64,000 bases of DNA from Eledone cirrhosa (lineage: Eukaryota): contig OZ024740.1 of assembly GCA_964016885.1 (NCBI GenBank), positions 187,488,001 through 187,552,000 of the forward strand, given 5' to 3'. This document shows, piece after piece, positions 26,853-40,290 of the stretch (position 1 is its first letter; each line of letters opens with the position of its first letter). Made by a program: the position numbers and the translations under genes. The notes beneath the pieces are model-generated. The model ran no database searches. It saw nothing but the letters and a program-made list of their open reading frames with translations, and was not told the origin of the DNA.

Positions 26853-26904
26853 ATTTTTTAATATAAAGAACTAGTTCTTTGTGTTTATTTCATTGTTTTT
26901 ATTA

Positions 26905-26962
<58 letters not shown>

Positions 26963-27021
26963 TTATAAAAAGGAAGTTTGTTTGTAAATTGAATGCTAAC
27001 AACACTAAATATAATCTAACA

Positions 27022-28168
27022 TCTATACATATATATATAACTGTAGTTGTATGTGTGTGTGTGTCCTCATTTTTGCAAAGTCTATACAAATCCTCATTTC
27101 TACTCCGATTGACTTCAAACTTGCATTTATATATTCCTTGTGGTCTAAAGATATTAACAATGTTCTGTTAGGCGCCGGTTATCGATATCCGTCGCGCCTT
27201 TATAATATCTGTCTCTATGTCTGACTGTTTGCATTACGACATTATGACAAACATTGATGACGTATTATGTTCTCCTTTTCCCGTTCATTGCCAGGGAACG
27301 TCTTCACGAACCAAAGTATCGTCTTCCTGTTTTCCTTCGGTTGCAACTTTTTTCGGAATATTTACTTCTGTGTTCACAGATTGATATTTTTAGTTTCAGA
27401 AGATCCCGTTAAGGGTGAAAGCAGCGATTCTTGCTTAAACTTTAATCTGTTATTTTAATATATAATATAAGCGAGGCAAGCCAGCCCAGTTGCCACTTCT
27501 TGCCAATAAACATCAACTCTTTGTGCTCCATTCATCTAACTGTAGACCAACAAATACCAACTAAACAGAGCGTTGACAAGAACGATAGTGAATGAATCTT
27601 CGAGGTAAGCAGTTTCCTCCCGAGCTGTTAGTTCACGCGGGATTCTCTGATACACCTTTTCGTAATAATACCGAACAACGTACTGCTGGTTACTCCTTCC
27701 TCCAAAAGCCGTACAAAGCGGACATGTGCATCGGGCAGATGGATCTGGTGCAAGTCTACACAAGGCCTACGCGAGAAATTCGCAAGGGACTGCACCGAGA
27801 GGGATAGAGAGAAAGGGTAACTTAGTGACAAGAGTGCGAATGAACTTCTGAGGTAAGTAAGCCTACGCCTTACTTCTATTGCACTGGAAACTTCTGCCAA
27901 CTTAACCTGTGACTTTCTCTTTCACATTTACTCCAAAAGGCCAAAACAGAGGAGTATGAAAAGAAGGGGCTCAACAATATTTCTATGAACAATGCATGTC
28001 GTCAGCTAAACTGTACTTTCAACTTCTTAATTTTCTCCAAATAAAACAAGTTTCCTGTCGGTATATTTTCGTGAGTTTTTAACAGGCACTCACAAATAAA
28101 CGCTTCTTTCTCATTGGAGGTGCTATTACCAATGTTCTTACCCATGCAACGCCGGGATACACTGCTAG
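27022..28168 (+). mobile_element. Non-autonomous Helitron nested in an older Helitron-like element starting ~26961
   Basis: 5' a|TCtatacatatatatataactgtagttgt; 3' hairpin cccatgcaacgccggg followed by CTAG|t; A/T insertion site. Confidence 0.6.
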
Positions 28169-28502
28169 TTGATAATAATTAAGGTGTTAAATGTGTTTTC
28201 AATTAATGTAACTTCCATTAAGCCTATGTCGACGTACTTTCCACCAATGGAATGGAGGAAAAAGTTGGGGGAGAATTTACTGCTCTTTTTAGCAAACATA
28301 TATACTGTCTGGTCATCCCTCATGCTACCTATTTAGAGAAAGGGAAACACTACACCTCTCACTCAATCCATAACATCTATCTTTCTCTGTCTCAAACTAA
28401 AACTTTTCTGTGTTTCTTTCGTTTGTTGTCAGTTGGCCTGACATCTGACTCACACTCACAATTTGTATGTATGACTCTCACACTTTCTGTGTATATATAT
28501 AT

Positions 28503-28620
<118 letters not shown>

Positions 28621-28870
28621 GGGGTGAGAGAGATAGACAGACAGGCACAGAGAGAGAGAGGGGCACGTATAGATAGTGAGAAAAAAGAAGGGAGAGAGAG
28701 ACTAAATATAAGTGCGAATAATTAAGGTATTTTGGAGTATGTTCAATTAATCTGACCTCCAACAAGTTGGCTGTCAACTTATTCTATGAAAACGGAATGG
28801 AGGGGGTAAGTTGGAGGAGAATTTACTGCTCTTTCTAGCACGCAGATACTGTCTGTTCATCCGTCATATA

Positions 28871-29333
28871 TCTATCTTCTTTATAAAGATAATTCTTATA
28901 AAGATGAAGTTTGTATGTTGACCACTAATAACATTAAATAAAATAGATAATAATTAAGGTTTTTCGTATGTTTTCAACTAATCTAAACTCTGACATGCGT
29001 GCAATTGCCTTTTACGAAAACAGAATGGGAGCGGAGAGAGAACCTACAGATTTTCCTAGCCTTGGAGAGATGCTTATCTGTAACTCCGAGTGTCCACCTC
29101 CCCGTCTCTGTTATTCAGTGTTAATAACATAGACGGGGAGGAGGACACTCAGAGTTACAGATATGTAACACCTCTCTGCCGTTTAAATTTATAGAAAAGC
29201 CATCTCTAGGCACTGAAGGATGATTTAACATCTTTTATTCTAATGAAAATGGTCATTGCACAGATGACAATAGATGACTTATGAATAGATTTAAGCACAG
29301 TACAGACTATGGCGAAGGTCGTGAGGCTGCTAG
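28871..29333 (+). mobile_element. Non-autonomous Helitron
   Basis: 5' a|TCtatcttctttataaag; 3' hairpin tatggc-gaag-gtcgtg followed by CTAG|t; internal palindrome at 29076-29162. Confidence 0.55.
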
Positions 29334-30275
29334 TATATAAATTATAATTCAAGATTATAAAAGATGAACTTAGAGAACAATTACAGAGTCTTATTAGTTT
29401 GACACTTGTGGAAAAAGGAAAACAATGACTGTCTCAACATATCAGTTGTTAGTCCATCAGATAAGACCAAATTGAAGCTGGAAGGTTGGAATATATATAT
29501 ATTTAATGAGTAGAACTATCCATGATCCCCAGCAGACAACTGATGAAGGAAAATTTTCTCCTGTTCGTGCTTTCCTCTTATTTATAAGTACACGTTATCC
29601 AGCAACTACACAGCCCTGTTTCTTCTTATATATATGGTGGCTGCCAACTCGTTTTCGAGTACGGCCACTACTTTATATCCATGTAGGAGAACCCCTACTG
29701 ATGTGCTAAACGAGTGTGACTTTTTAGTCCAGCCAGCGACTTGAAAACTCTGGTACAAACACTACACTTGTGACAATTATTGACACATAATGCTAGGCGC
29801 ATGGTACTATGTGACGACAAGTGCAGAGAGATCTCCAGATATAAAGCCATGCCTGTGTCGTGAAGCTTTTATAGTGAGCAAAGGCACTGCACAAAGCCAG
29901 TCCCACTCTCTTGACCAAGATGATATTTACCAAAAAGAAGAACAAGTCAATATCATTGGATACCATCAGGGTTGCAGGTGTTATATCAGAGTTTTCCTTC
30001 TCCTAGAATTCTGCCTTGACAAAGGCTAAGGGGTCATCTCTCCGGGTGATTTTGGATGGCCATTGACTCTTAAGAGCTCCTTTGCCCTTTGACAGGTTTT
30101 GTTTTTAGTCCTGCAGGATGTCCAAAGTCACCCTCCTCACCAACAAACCTTGGTGGGGTTGCCAGTTTAGTCGCCAACGACCCGATCATGGGACAGGTTG
30201 TACTGGGATACATGTTAGCAGTAGCACCAGCTGGTGACCCGACACAAATATATATACAGACACACACACACACAC

Positions 30276-30362
<87 letters not shown>

Positions 30363-30447
30363 AGAGAGACTATAACTTACCAATAAGCTATAGCTTAAGG
30401 CGACACATCCTTGGAGGCTTCATTAAAATATATATATATATGTATGA

Positions 30448-30488
<41 letters not shown>

Positions 30489-32374
30489 CATCAGCTTTTA
30501 TTATATAACACTAAATCATCAAAATTATATATATATATGTATGTATGTATATAAATAATTGATTTTAGGGAAGGGCGTGAAAGTTAATTTAGTTTAGAGC
30601 CTTAACAAGTGAAAGTCTGGCCCTTGTGCATGGCTTAGTGTTTAAGATTTCCGATTCATGATTTTATGGTCATGAGTTCAATGTCTGACCTGTTGTGCCT
30701 GTAGAATGCAGCTCTAATCCATGAGCAGGTTGTTCCTTTGTTAGGACAATTGGAACACTGGTTGACAGAACTGACAAATGTCTAACATAGTTTTTTGATA
30801 AAGATCAGTGAAATGGGAATGCTTGATTGCTTTACACTGAATTATCGCTAAGCGGTGGAGTGATTTTTATAGCTTCACTTGAATTCTGATGCAGCACTCT
30901 TGTGACAAATTCTTTGCAAGAAGGTGCTATCAAACCTTTTTCCAATGGTATGACTTTTACCACTTTTTTCAGTAGTTGTGATACTTGAAAAGCTGCAGTT
31001 AATCAATCTTCATTTTTGAATGATGCAGTAGCTTTTTTAAATCTTTCATGCTGTTCTTGAAAATATTCAATGGGATTGTCGTTTGCAAATGGGGATTTGT
31101 ATCAAGGTGGTCTTGTAATCGACTGGGCTTCACTACTTCATTTGAAAATGCTTTCTGACATAGATTCAATAAAACCGAACTTCAGATATCAGGTTATAAC
31201 GAGCATATTTCATGTTTTCACTTATGATTCAATTCACGACAACTTCTACACTTCTAGAAATTATATACTTGTCCTATCACAAACCAGATCTAACTGGAGT
31301 TACAAAGTGAAACAAGATTAAAAATTTAAGTAAAATAGGAATTCAGCTAATAAAATTTAAGGAACGTAAGTCTTGAATGAAAGCTAAGCTAGGCAGCCTA
31401 GACATCGAAAGTAAACATCAGGTAAAAGTCGTCATGCATATGAAATGTTTTCCATAAAGACAGTGATTTACCGAATTTATGCACAGAGCAAATGTCATTT
31501 AATCATTATAGGACAATAAACAACGAAACACGTCATTACTCTTGTAAAACTTTCAAATAACAGGAAGTTCTCTGCAGTAAATAAAATATATCAAATCAAC
31601 CACTAGTGGGTGGTACCACCCAGGTTGATAAGCACTTCCCTAGGTGAAGATTGTGATCTAACTTAATACAGCAAAAGTTGAGCTGACATGTTTCAATACG
31701 CAAATGAAACGCGTCTATTCACCCAACGGGTCACGGGGTGTCTAGTATCATGTAAATACAGTTTAATAGAAAAAAGAAACAAAGAAGAAAATTTAGATTG
31801 AGAAGAATGGAATGTAAAATAGGAAAATATAGAGAAGAAAGAGAATAAGAAAAAACGGGAAGGGTATAGAATGGCTAGAACTCTAGTGTCACAGATGAAT
31901 GAGGATGATGATTGGGGTCTGATCCTAGGGTGCAGCGGTGGAGAGTTTGCTCCCTTCGGACGAAACCGCAACAGCAATCCTGTGGACAATGGCCAGTGGC
32001 ACCCGCTGCAATAGCCCCCCCCCCCCCCCCCCCTCGCGGGGCTCCTTCCTCAGAAGAGCTCGTCTGTATGGAGTCCAAGTACGCCTGAGAATTATATTAT
32101 ATTTGAAACATGAGGTAGTAGAATTATCACTGAGATGTGGATTAAATATTAACATAGAATTTACTTGTTACCATACATTACACACAAGACTAGTGAAATT
32201 GAATTAACAAGCAACTTTTTTAATGTGATGAAATAATATATATTCTACTTTTTTCCCCATAACTAACATGCTTATATTTACTTTAGTCCACGTTTGTTAC
32301 TGTGCCTTTACAAATCTTCTGTTAGAATACTTTACAAACTGTTCAATTATCAACATATTAATATTGTTACGCCC

Positions 32375-32530
32375 CTTTACGTTCCGAGTTCAAATCCCAC
32401 CGAGGTTAGCCTTTTCTTTCATCCTTACGGGGTCGATAAAATAAAGCACCAGTAACGCACTGGAGTTTATTTAATCGACCTTCCCCTCCCCAAAATTATT
32501 AACATTGTGCCTAAATCAGAATCCATTATT
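32375..32530 (+). mobile_element. SINE fragment (Deu/Nin-like domain)
   Basis: gagttcaaatcc..tttcatccttacggggtcgataaaataaagcaccag. Confidence 0.7.
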
Positions 32531-33239
32531 CAGGCAAGTAATCAATTCCTCGGTTATTCTAATAATTTAATGGCTATTTAATTTTCAAAGCTCTTTCTTC
32601 GTACATTCTTCTCAATGACTCTTGTAGTCTGATGTGCCTTTCCTTCGTTTTGATTTTGTTATAGTTACTCTATCTTTTTATTATTTCCACAATGAAAGTA
32701 TCGTCCCATATGCAAATTTAAAAACCGTCAATCTATGAGACCAGAGGTCACTTGTGTCATTACTCTATAGAAACAATGTTTTATGGTGTTCGCTATTTAC
32801 TATTAAAAACATAGTAAATGGCAATTAATTGGTTAAATCTTAGAGATGAAGGTATGTATTTTATTTTCTTCATCTTCTAACTTATGGTTGGGTAATGTCA
32901 TCCGGTTTTCATAATTATTGCCTGCCGAACACTTTCAAACGCATATATATGTGTTAATGTTCGTCAATCTCTGTGATCTACGGGAGCTGAAGACACACAC
33001 ACGTATATATACATATATATATATCAGATAGGGTGTGGTAACAAACCAGGTGGACCATAACCCACCAGAGCACTCGATACTTGGGGCAGTAGATTGGGTA
33101 ATATGAAAAGATTCAGGACACCAACGGCTGAGCTCCGGCTGTTTCGACAGCTAGTTTGGATCTAGCTGTCGAAACGGCCGCGGGTCCTGAATATTTTCAT
33201 TAATATATATATATATATGAGAAGCAACACCTAGATCTC

Positions 33240-33526
33240 AGCCATTACAATATATTGTGTCGTATGTCGCGAATTTAAAAAGCAATGAAATACTTAATGT
33301 AGCACAAGTATATTATTCGGCGATATTTCATCTAAGATCTACCTGATGTAAACAATGACACAGTTTCTGAGCAGAAAGTGGTTTATTGTCGTTTTCGTGG
33401 TCTCTAAACTATTCATATACAAATATATTTGTATATATATATATATATGTATACACATATATATATATATACATACATAAATATATTTGTATATGAATAG
33501 TTTGTTACTCTGGAGTTTCACTTGAT

Positions 33527-33582
<56 letters not shown>

Positions 33583-34018
33583 ATCAAGTGAAACTCCAGA
33601 GTAACAAGACTCACTATTTAGCCTTAATAAAATGAATATTTAAACTCTACTTTTCTGTATCGTTCGTCAACTGCCTACGTATATATATATACATTTGTAC
33701 ATGGCCAGTGTAGAGACCGCGAAACCAAAAACAAACCACTTTCGCCCCGGAAACTGTGGAGTCTTTGTTTACATCAGGTAGATATTAGTTGAAATATCGC
33801 CCAATAATGTACTTGTGCTTCATTATGTATTGGATTGGCAGTATCGGTAGAGGGTCGGACGCCATGCTTTCCAGCATAGTTACGTCCCTTTACGATCTGA
33901 GTTCAAATCCTGCCGAGGTTGACTTTGCCTTTCATCCTTACGGGGTCGATAAAATAAAGTACCAGTAATACATAGCTTTATAAAATCACGGCATTCGACA
34001 CAATGTATTGTAATGGCT
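33240..34018. mobile_element. Long-TIR (~170 bp) foldback/Mutator-like non-autonomous element, right arm interrupted by a SINE
   Basis: 33240-33406 is an imperfect reverse complement of 33711-33830 plus 33975-34018. Confidence 0.65.
33832..33975 (+). mobile_element. tRNA-derived SINE (A box, B box, Deu/Nin-like domain)
   Basis: tggcagtatcgg (A-like), gagttcaaatcc (B), gcctttcatccttacggggtcgataaaataaagtaccag. Confidence 0.8.
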
Positions 34019-34784
34019 CTTTTCTCGGTGTTTCAACTGCTACCTGCTGATAATGGCTGTCATTTGTGAGAAGTCATTGCCATATCTCCCTCAAACTATA
34101 CTATACCGTCTTAATGGAACACATTGGATAATGTAGTAATGGAGATGAACAGGCTGAAAAGGAGAGGTGGTTGTGGTTAGAGGGCCAGCAATAACAAATG
34201 CCTTATTCAAAGGATTTTTCTATATAGATTCTTTTAAATCTTATTACAATGCGGCGATTTCTATTCTCCTATCAAGGAATATTTTTTATATAAGCGTTGT
34301 TGTTACAGAAATTCGTTGTAATTGAAGGTGAAATGGCAGAATAGTATTAACTTTGTTTTTTATATTTTAAAGTGTTGCATCTCCAAATAATGTAAATTAT
34401 GTGAATATATTTCTTCCGCAATTTTGGTAAAAAAAAATACCTCGCTAAACCTAATTGCGTTGTACCATGCGGAGAACGTATGTGTATTTGTCAAGCACGT
34501 TTTTGCTATTTAACACCAGGCCAACCCTGATATATAGAGCCACAATTAAAGGTGATCTATAGGTTTTTTTCTCAGGCATAATTTTTCTCGGAATAACCTT
34601 TTCCCCATCTTTAGACGGCATGGTGTGATTTCTAGCAATGTCGCTTCTATCAAACACGTCATTTATATAGGTAAAATGGATTCACAATTACTAGGTTTTA
34701 GTTACACTGATTAGTTTCATCTTGTATTCTTTGACCGAGTAATGCAATTTTCGAATGTGATGTGATGTGTGTGCATGTATGAGT

Positions 34785-34815
<31 letters not shown>

Positions 34816-35491
34816 CCTTGTCGTCTTACATTCATCTCTAGATGTTTCGCACCAATTAGTGACACTATTTGCTATAAAGAGATGGTTCTCAATTTGTCCA
34901 AAGAGTGGTTGAGAGATAATTAAGTTGCGTGAGTTAAATAGTTTTACTTTAAAATCTAGTTATTGATTAATCCCAAGTTAGCCCTGATCAAACAGAGCCA
35001 CGATGAAAAGTGCTTCCATTTTCTTAAAGACGGTATAGTGTGTGATTTGGAGAAGAGATTGGGTTTCTATGTCTAAGAGGTCGAACGACATAATAGATCA
35101 GATATAGTGAGGCGTTATAGTGCTCTGGGCGAATTAACATGTTGAGGCTCATCTGAACTGAGAAAAATAATGAATTTATAGTTTTTCAAATTGTTAGCTA
35201 TTCAACTTAAATTAAATATCTGATGTTAAGGGTTAAACACGTTTTTTTTAAATATTGATCTATTTTTAGAGACTTCGTCAGAGGACTGATCCTAATTTTC
35301 CTTATTCACACCTAAGCAGTAAATCTGATGAATCCAGTGAGATATTTGAGTTTTCGTATTTCGTAAAGTCGAGTATTCTTAAAGTGATATCAAATTAAAA
35401 TGAATGTATAACTGAATATCGAAATGGGAAAAATAATTTTATAAATTTATTTCTTCTATAAGTGAATTATATATATATATATATATATATA

Positions 35492-38378
35492 TAAATGTAA
35501 GTATGCATGTATACGTACATACATATATGTATACAGACGTACAGTAGCATGCACATATATATATATATATACATATATATATACATATGCATACAGGTAC
35601 ACATACATATATGCACGTATCAGTTTAGCGGCGCTAACGTCGCTTTGTTCGTTTGTAAACAAACTGAACAGCCTGAATTTATGCCATACGGTGTTAAGGC
35701 AACCACGTCACCTTTTTGTTCAACACTGACACAGGAACGATGTACTAGTTTCAAGCTTGTTAGCTATCATCAGCACCGTTTACCCATCTGCCAGATAGTT
35801 GAACGTTCGAAAGTATATACTTTCCTTATGAAAATTAACGGCTGAGCAGCCTAATTTGCATATTGAGTGAGTTAAATCGGTCAGGCATACCGAAAACGAT
35901 AAATTGAAACAAAACAAAATGAAAACGAAATTTCATTTCTCACTCTTAGTATGGCACTTACTTAAATGTAAGTATGCATGTATACGTACATACATATATG
36001 TATACAGACGTACAGTAGCATGCACATATATATATATATATACATATATATATACATATGCATACAGGTACACATACATATATGCACGTATCAGTTTAGC
36101 GGCGCTAACGTCGCTTTGTTCGTTTGTAAACAAACTGAACAGCCTGAATTTATGCCATACGGTGTTAAGGCAACCACGTCACCTTTTTGTTCAACACTGA
36201 CACAGGAACGATGTACTAGTTTCAAGCTTGTTAGCTATCATCAGCACCGTTTACCCATCTGCCAGATAGTTGAACGTTCGAAAGTATATACTTTCCTTAT
36301 GAAAATTAACGGCTGAGCAGCCTAATTTGCATATTGAGTGAGTTAAATCGGTCAGGCATACCGAAAACGATAAATTGAAACAAAACAAAATGAAAACGAA
36401 ATTTCATTTCTCACTCTTAGTATGGCACTTACTTAAATGTAAGTATGCATGTATACGTACATACATATATGTATACAGACGTACAGTAGCATGCACATAT
36501 ATATATATATATATACATATATATATACATATGCATACAGGTACACATACATATATGCACGTATCAGTTTAGCGGCGCTAACGTCGCTTTGTTCGTTTGT
36601 AAACAAACTGAACAGCCTGAATTTATGCCATACGGTGTTAAGGCAACCACGTCACCTTTTTGTTCAACACTGACACAGGAACGATGTACTAGTTTCAAGC
36701 TTGTTAGCTATCATCAGCACAGTTTAACCATCTGCCAGATAGTTGAACGTTCGAAAGTATATACTTTCCTTATGAAAATTAACGGCTGAGCAGCCTAATT
36801 TGCATATTGAGTGAGTTAAATCGGTCAGGCATACCGAAAACGATAAATTGAAACAAAACAAAATGAAAACGAAATTTCATTTCTCACTCTTAGTATGGCA
36901 CTTACTTAAATGTAAGTATGCATGTATACGTACATACATATATGTATACAGACGTACAGTAGCATGCACATATATATATATATATACATATATATATACA
37001 TATGCATACAGGTACACATACATATATGCACGTATCAGTTTAGCGGCGCTAACGTCGCTTTGTTCGTTTGTAAACAAACTGAACAGCCTGAATTTATGCC
37101 ATACGGTGTTAAGGCAACCACGTCACCTTTTTGTTCAACACTGACACAGGAACGATGTACTAGTTTCAAGCTTGTTAGCTATCATCAGCACCGTTTACCC
37201 ATCTGCCAGATAGTTGAACGTTCGAAAGTATATACTTTCCTTATGAAAATTAACGGCTGAGCAGCCTAATTTGCATATTGAGTGAGTTAAATCGGTCAGG
37301 CATACCGAAAACGATAAATTGAAACAAAACAAAATGAAAACGAAATTTCATTTCTCACTCTTAGTATGGCACTTACTTAAATGTAAGTATGCATGTATAC
37401 GTACATACATATATGTATACAGACGTACAGTAGCATGCACATATATATATATATATACATATATATATACATATGCATACAGGTACACATACATATATGC
37501 ACGTATCAGTTTAGCGGCGCTAACGTCGCTTTGTTCGTTTGTAAACAAACTGAACAGCCTGAATTTATGCCATACGGTGTTAAGGCAACCACGTCACCTT
37601 TTTGTTCAACACTGACACAGGAACGATGTACTAGTTTCAAGCTTGTTAGCTATCATCAGCACCGTTTACCCATCTGCCAGATAGTTGAACGTTCGAAAGT
37701 ATATACTTTCCTTATGAAAATTAAGGGCTGAGCAGCCTAATTTGCATATTGAGTGAGTTAAATCGGTCAGGCATACCGAAAACGATAAATTGAAACAAAA
37801 CAAAATGAAAACGAAATTTCATTTCTCACTCTTAGTATGGCACTTACTTAAATGAAAGTATGCATGTATACGTACATACATATATGTATACAGACGTACA
37901 GTAGCATGCACATATATATATATATATACATATATATATACATATGCATACAGGTACACATACATATATGCACGTATCAGTTTAGCGGCGCTAACGTCGC
38001 TTTGTTCGTTTGTAAACAAACTGAACAGCCTGAATTTATGCCATACGGTGTTAAGGCAACCACGTCACCTTTTTGTTCAACACTGACACAGGAACGATGT
38101 ACTAGTTTCAAGCTTGTTAGCTATCATCAGCACCGTTTACCCATCTGCCAGATAGTTGAACGAACAAAGCGACGTTAGCGCCGCTAAACTGATACGTGCA
38201 TATATGTATGTGTACCTGTATGCATATGTATATATATATGTATATATATATATATATGTGCATGCTACTGTACGTCTGTATACATATATGTATGTACGTA
38301 TACATGCATACTTACATTTAAGTAAGTGCCATACTAAGAGTGAGAAATGAAATTTCGTTTTCATTTTGTTTTGTTTCA

Positions 38379-38384
<6 letters not shown>
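35492..38384 (-). mobile_element. Retrozyme-like array: ~5.7 tandem 471-473-bp units plus an inverted partial unit (38159-38384), flanked by (TA)n
   Basis: Near-identical units; HHR motifs at 35736, 36207, 36680, 37151, 37622 and 38093; inversion junction with aacg microhomology. Confidence 0.85.
35736..35780 (-). ncRNA. Minimal type I hammerhead ribozyme, unit 1 of 6 (others at 36207-36251, 36680-36724, 37151-37195, 37622-37666, 38093-38137)
   Basis: aacggtg-CTGATGA-t agct aaca agct t-GAAA-ctag-TA-catcgtt: 7-bp stem I, intact core, palindromic stem III, predicted GUA cleavage between 35743 and 35742. Confidence 0.85.
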
Positions 38385-38420
<36 letters not shown>

Positions 38421-38729
38421 GTGTGTGTGGTGTATTTGTGGTGCGATGAATAAATATATACATATACATCAGGTCCGAACACAATGGAACCAAGCTCTCA
38501 CTGCCTCTGTCTCTCCCTATCTCGCACTATCATAGGCCCACGCGCTGGCCGCCCCGCGGCCCTGGCGGACAGAAAAGAGGAGGATGAGGGAGTCCCTGAA
38601 AAAAAAAATGATTTAATCTTTTATAAATACTACTGCATACAATGCTGGAATTACCTATAATATATACACCCTCGGTGGCCTCATTTAAAAAATATATATT
38701 TTTAATCAATAACACTAACTCACCGATAT

Positions 38730-38911
38730 CAGACCTGCCAACCTCTAAAAACCCAAACGGGGAATACCATTAAAAATATGTGAGAAATGAGGCAAAATAG
38801 GGAGATTTTATATAATGAAAACTATGCCATTTTTACAAGAGTAGACATCTCTCAACCATTCTAAAGTTGGTGAGAGATCTACCCGTCGTACGGCGAGAGT
38901 TGACAGGTCTG
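38730..38911. mobile_element. hAT-like MITE
   Basis: TIRs cagacctgccaac / gttgacaggtctg; no clear 8-bp TSD. Confidence 0.55.
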
Positions 38912-39103
38912 CAATAAAAGTATACCTTATCCAGCAACTACATAGACATCTCTCTTCATCATATATCTATCTATCTCTCTATATATATATGATTCCAGTT
39001 CCTCAGTGAAATAACAACCCACCCAGGAACTGGGCACATCAGAGTATTGACAAAATTATACACCTCAACAACATATGTACTTGTCTATACCACACTAATT
39101 CGG

Positions 39104-39158
39104 ACTGCCTGAAGAGGTCACAGCCAAAGATGGCTGTCACAGAAATATATATAGCAGT
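39104..39158 (+). ncRNA. Minimal type I hammerhead in a solo (TA)-flanked cassette
   Basis: actgc-CTGAAGA-g gt c acagcca aaga tggctgt c ac a-GAAA-tatata-TA-gcagt. Confidence 0.75.
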
Positions 39159-39201
39159 AATAAACGAAGCTAAATTTTAAACATTTGACTTATTTATTTT
39201 A

Positions 39202-39253
<52 letters not shown>

Positions 39254-39294
39254 AACCTCGCCGTAATATATTTGACTATATAATATAATAAAGG

Positions 39295-39460
39295 GGCACA
39301 AGGCCAACAATTTGGGGGAAAGGGAAAGCCAAATCAACTTTAGTGCGTTACTGGTACTTTCTTTTATCAACCCCGTAAGGATGAAAGACAAAGCTAACCA
39401 TACCAGGATTTGAACTCAGAACGTAATGGGACATAACTCTACACCGCAAAGCATGTCTGA
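39295..39460 (-). mobile_element. tRNA-derived SINE
   Basis: ttttatcaaccccgtaaggatgaaag..ggatttgaactcag. Confidence 0.7.
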
Positions 39461-39949
39461 CACTCTATTGGCTAATATGTGGCTCCATGAAGAGTTCAGA
39501 CCTGTATACCACTTAGGGAAGAACACATTGACCATTCATTTTTGTTTTGAATTATTTTCCTTCCACATTTGAAAAAAGGATATGGCCCTGAAATATCATA
39601 TGGAAATATATTGGGTAAAACATTACTTTCGTTTGTTTTATTTGTTATCCTTTACCCTTTATATATTTCTACGGCATTCTACTGCCTTTCCCACCTTTCT
39701 GAAACTTATTAAGTCATTTACAAAAAATAGTAATTATAGTAATAATTGTTTCTACTTTTGGCACAAGGCCAGCAATTATCCCAGTGCATTAATGGTACTT
39801 TATTTTATCGACCACGTAACGATGCACATTTTTTTACCCGAATTTTTTAGAGAAGGGCCTCGAATTTCATATAGCTTAAGGAATCAGCAGGTGGAAGTTA
39901 GCTCCTGGCTACATAAAATGTTGCATTAGCGGTTCTGTTTAAGTGCTTT

Positions 39950-40290
39950 ACTGTATATGTGAACACTATACTTCAGAACATCCTGAACTCAATATGGACA
40001 GCATGTGCAGAATCAGTACCACGTAAACACAAAAAACATACCAAAAGTGCAATTTGGGAGACTGCAGCAGTCCGACTTGCCAGGAAAGAACGTTGTATTG
40101 CTGAACGGGAATACAAACTGCACAAATCAGATATCAATAGAAAATAGCAATAAATCATTCAACCTTTTTAAGCAGGTGACAAAAAAAGGCAGTGCTTGAA
40201 TTTAAACAGCGCATAGCAACCAACACTGACACCAAGATGTTCTGGAAATATGTACATTCAAAGCAGGGACCTCGCTGTCCAGTTGGTCGA
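39950..40290 (+). pseudogene. LINE ORF2 fragment (EN-RT tether region, CR1/L2-like)
   Basis: ..IWTACAESVPRK..AIWETAAVRLARKERC.., then downstream NTDTKMFWKYVHSK; contains stops. Confidence 0.5.

Noticed and set aside
29530-29580. CTGATGA followed by a hairpin (also at 35325 and 47148)
   Set aside because: No properly placed GAAA, stem III or closing stem I.
30150-30245. Possible HDV-like ribozyme at the start of an RTE-5'UTR-like segment (minus strand)
   Set aside because: Some parts fit (ctaa-actgg with ccagt, a tccc loop), but P1, P3 and P1.1 could not be assembled consistently by eye.
35456-38535. Repeated 60-118 aa ORFs in the tandem array; possible CRISPR-like array
   Set aside because: The ORFs are YI-rich products of TA tracts. 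The units are identical with no unique spacers, and the context is eukaryotic.
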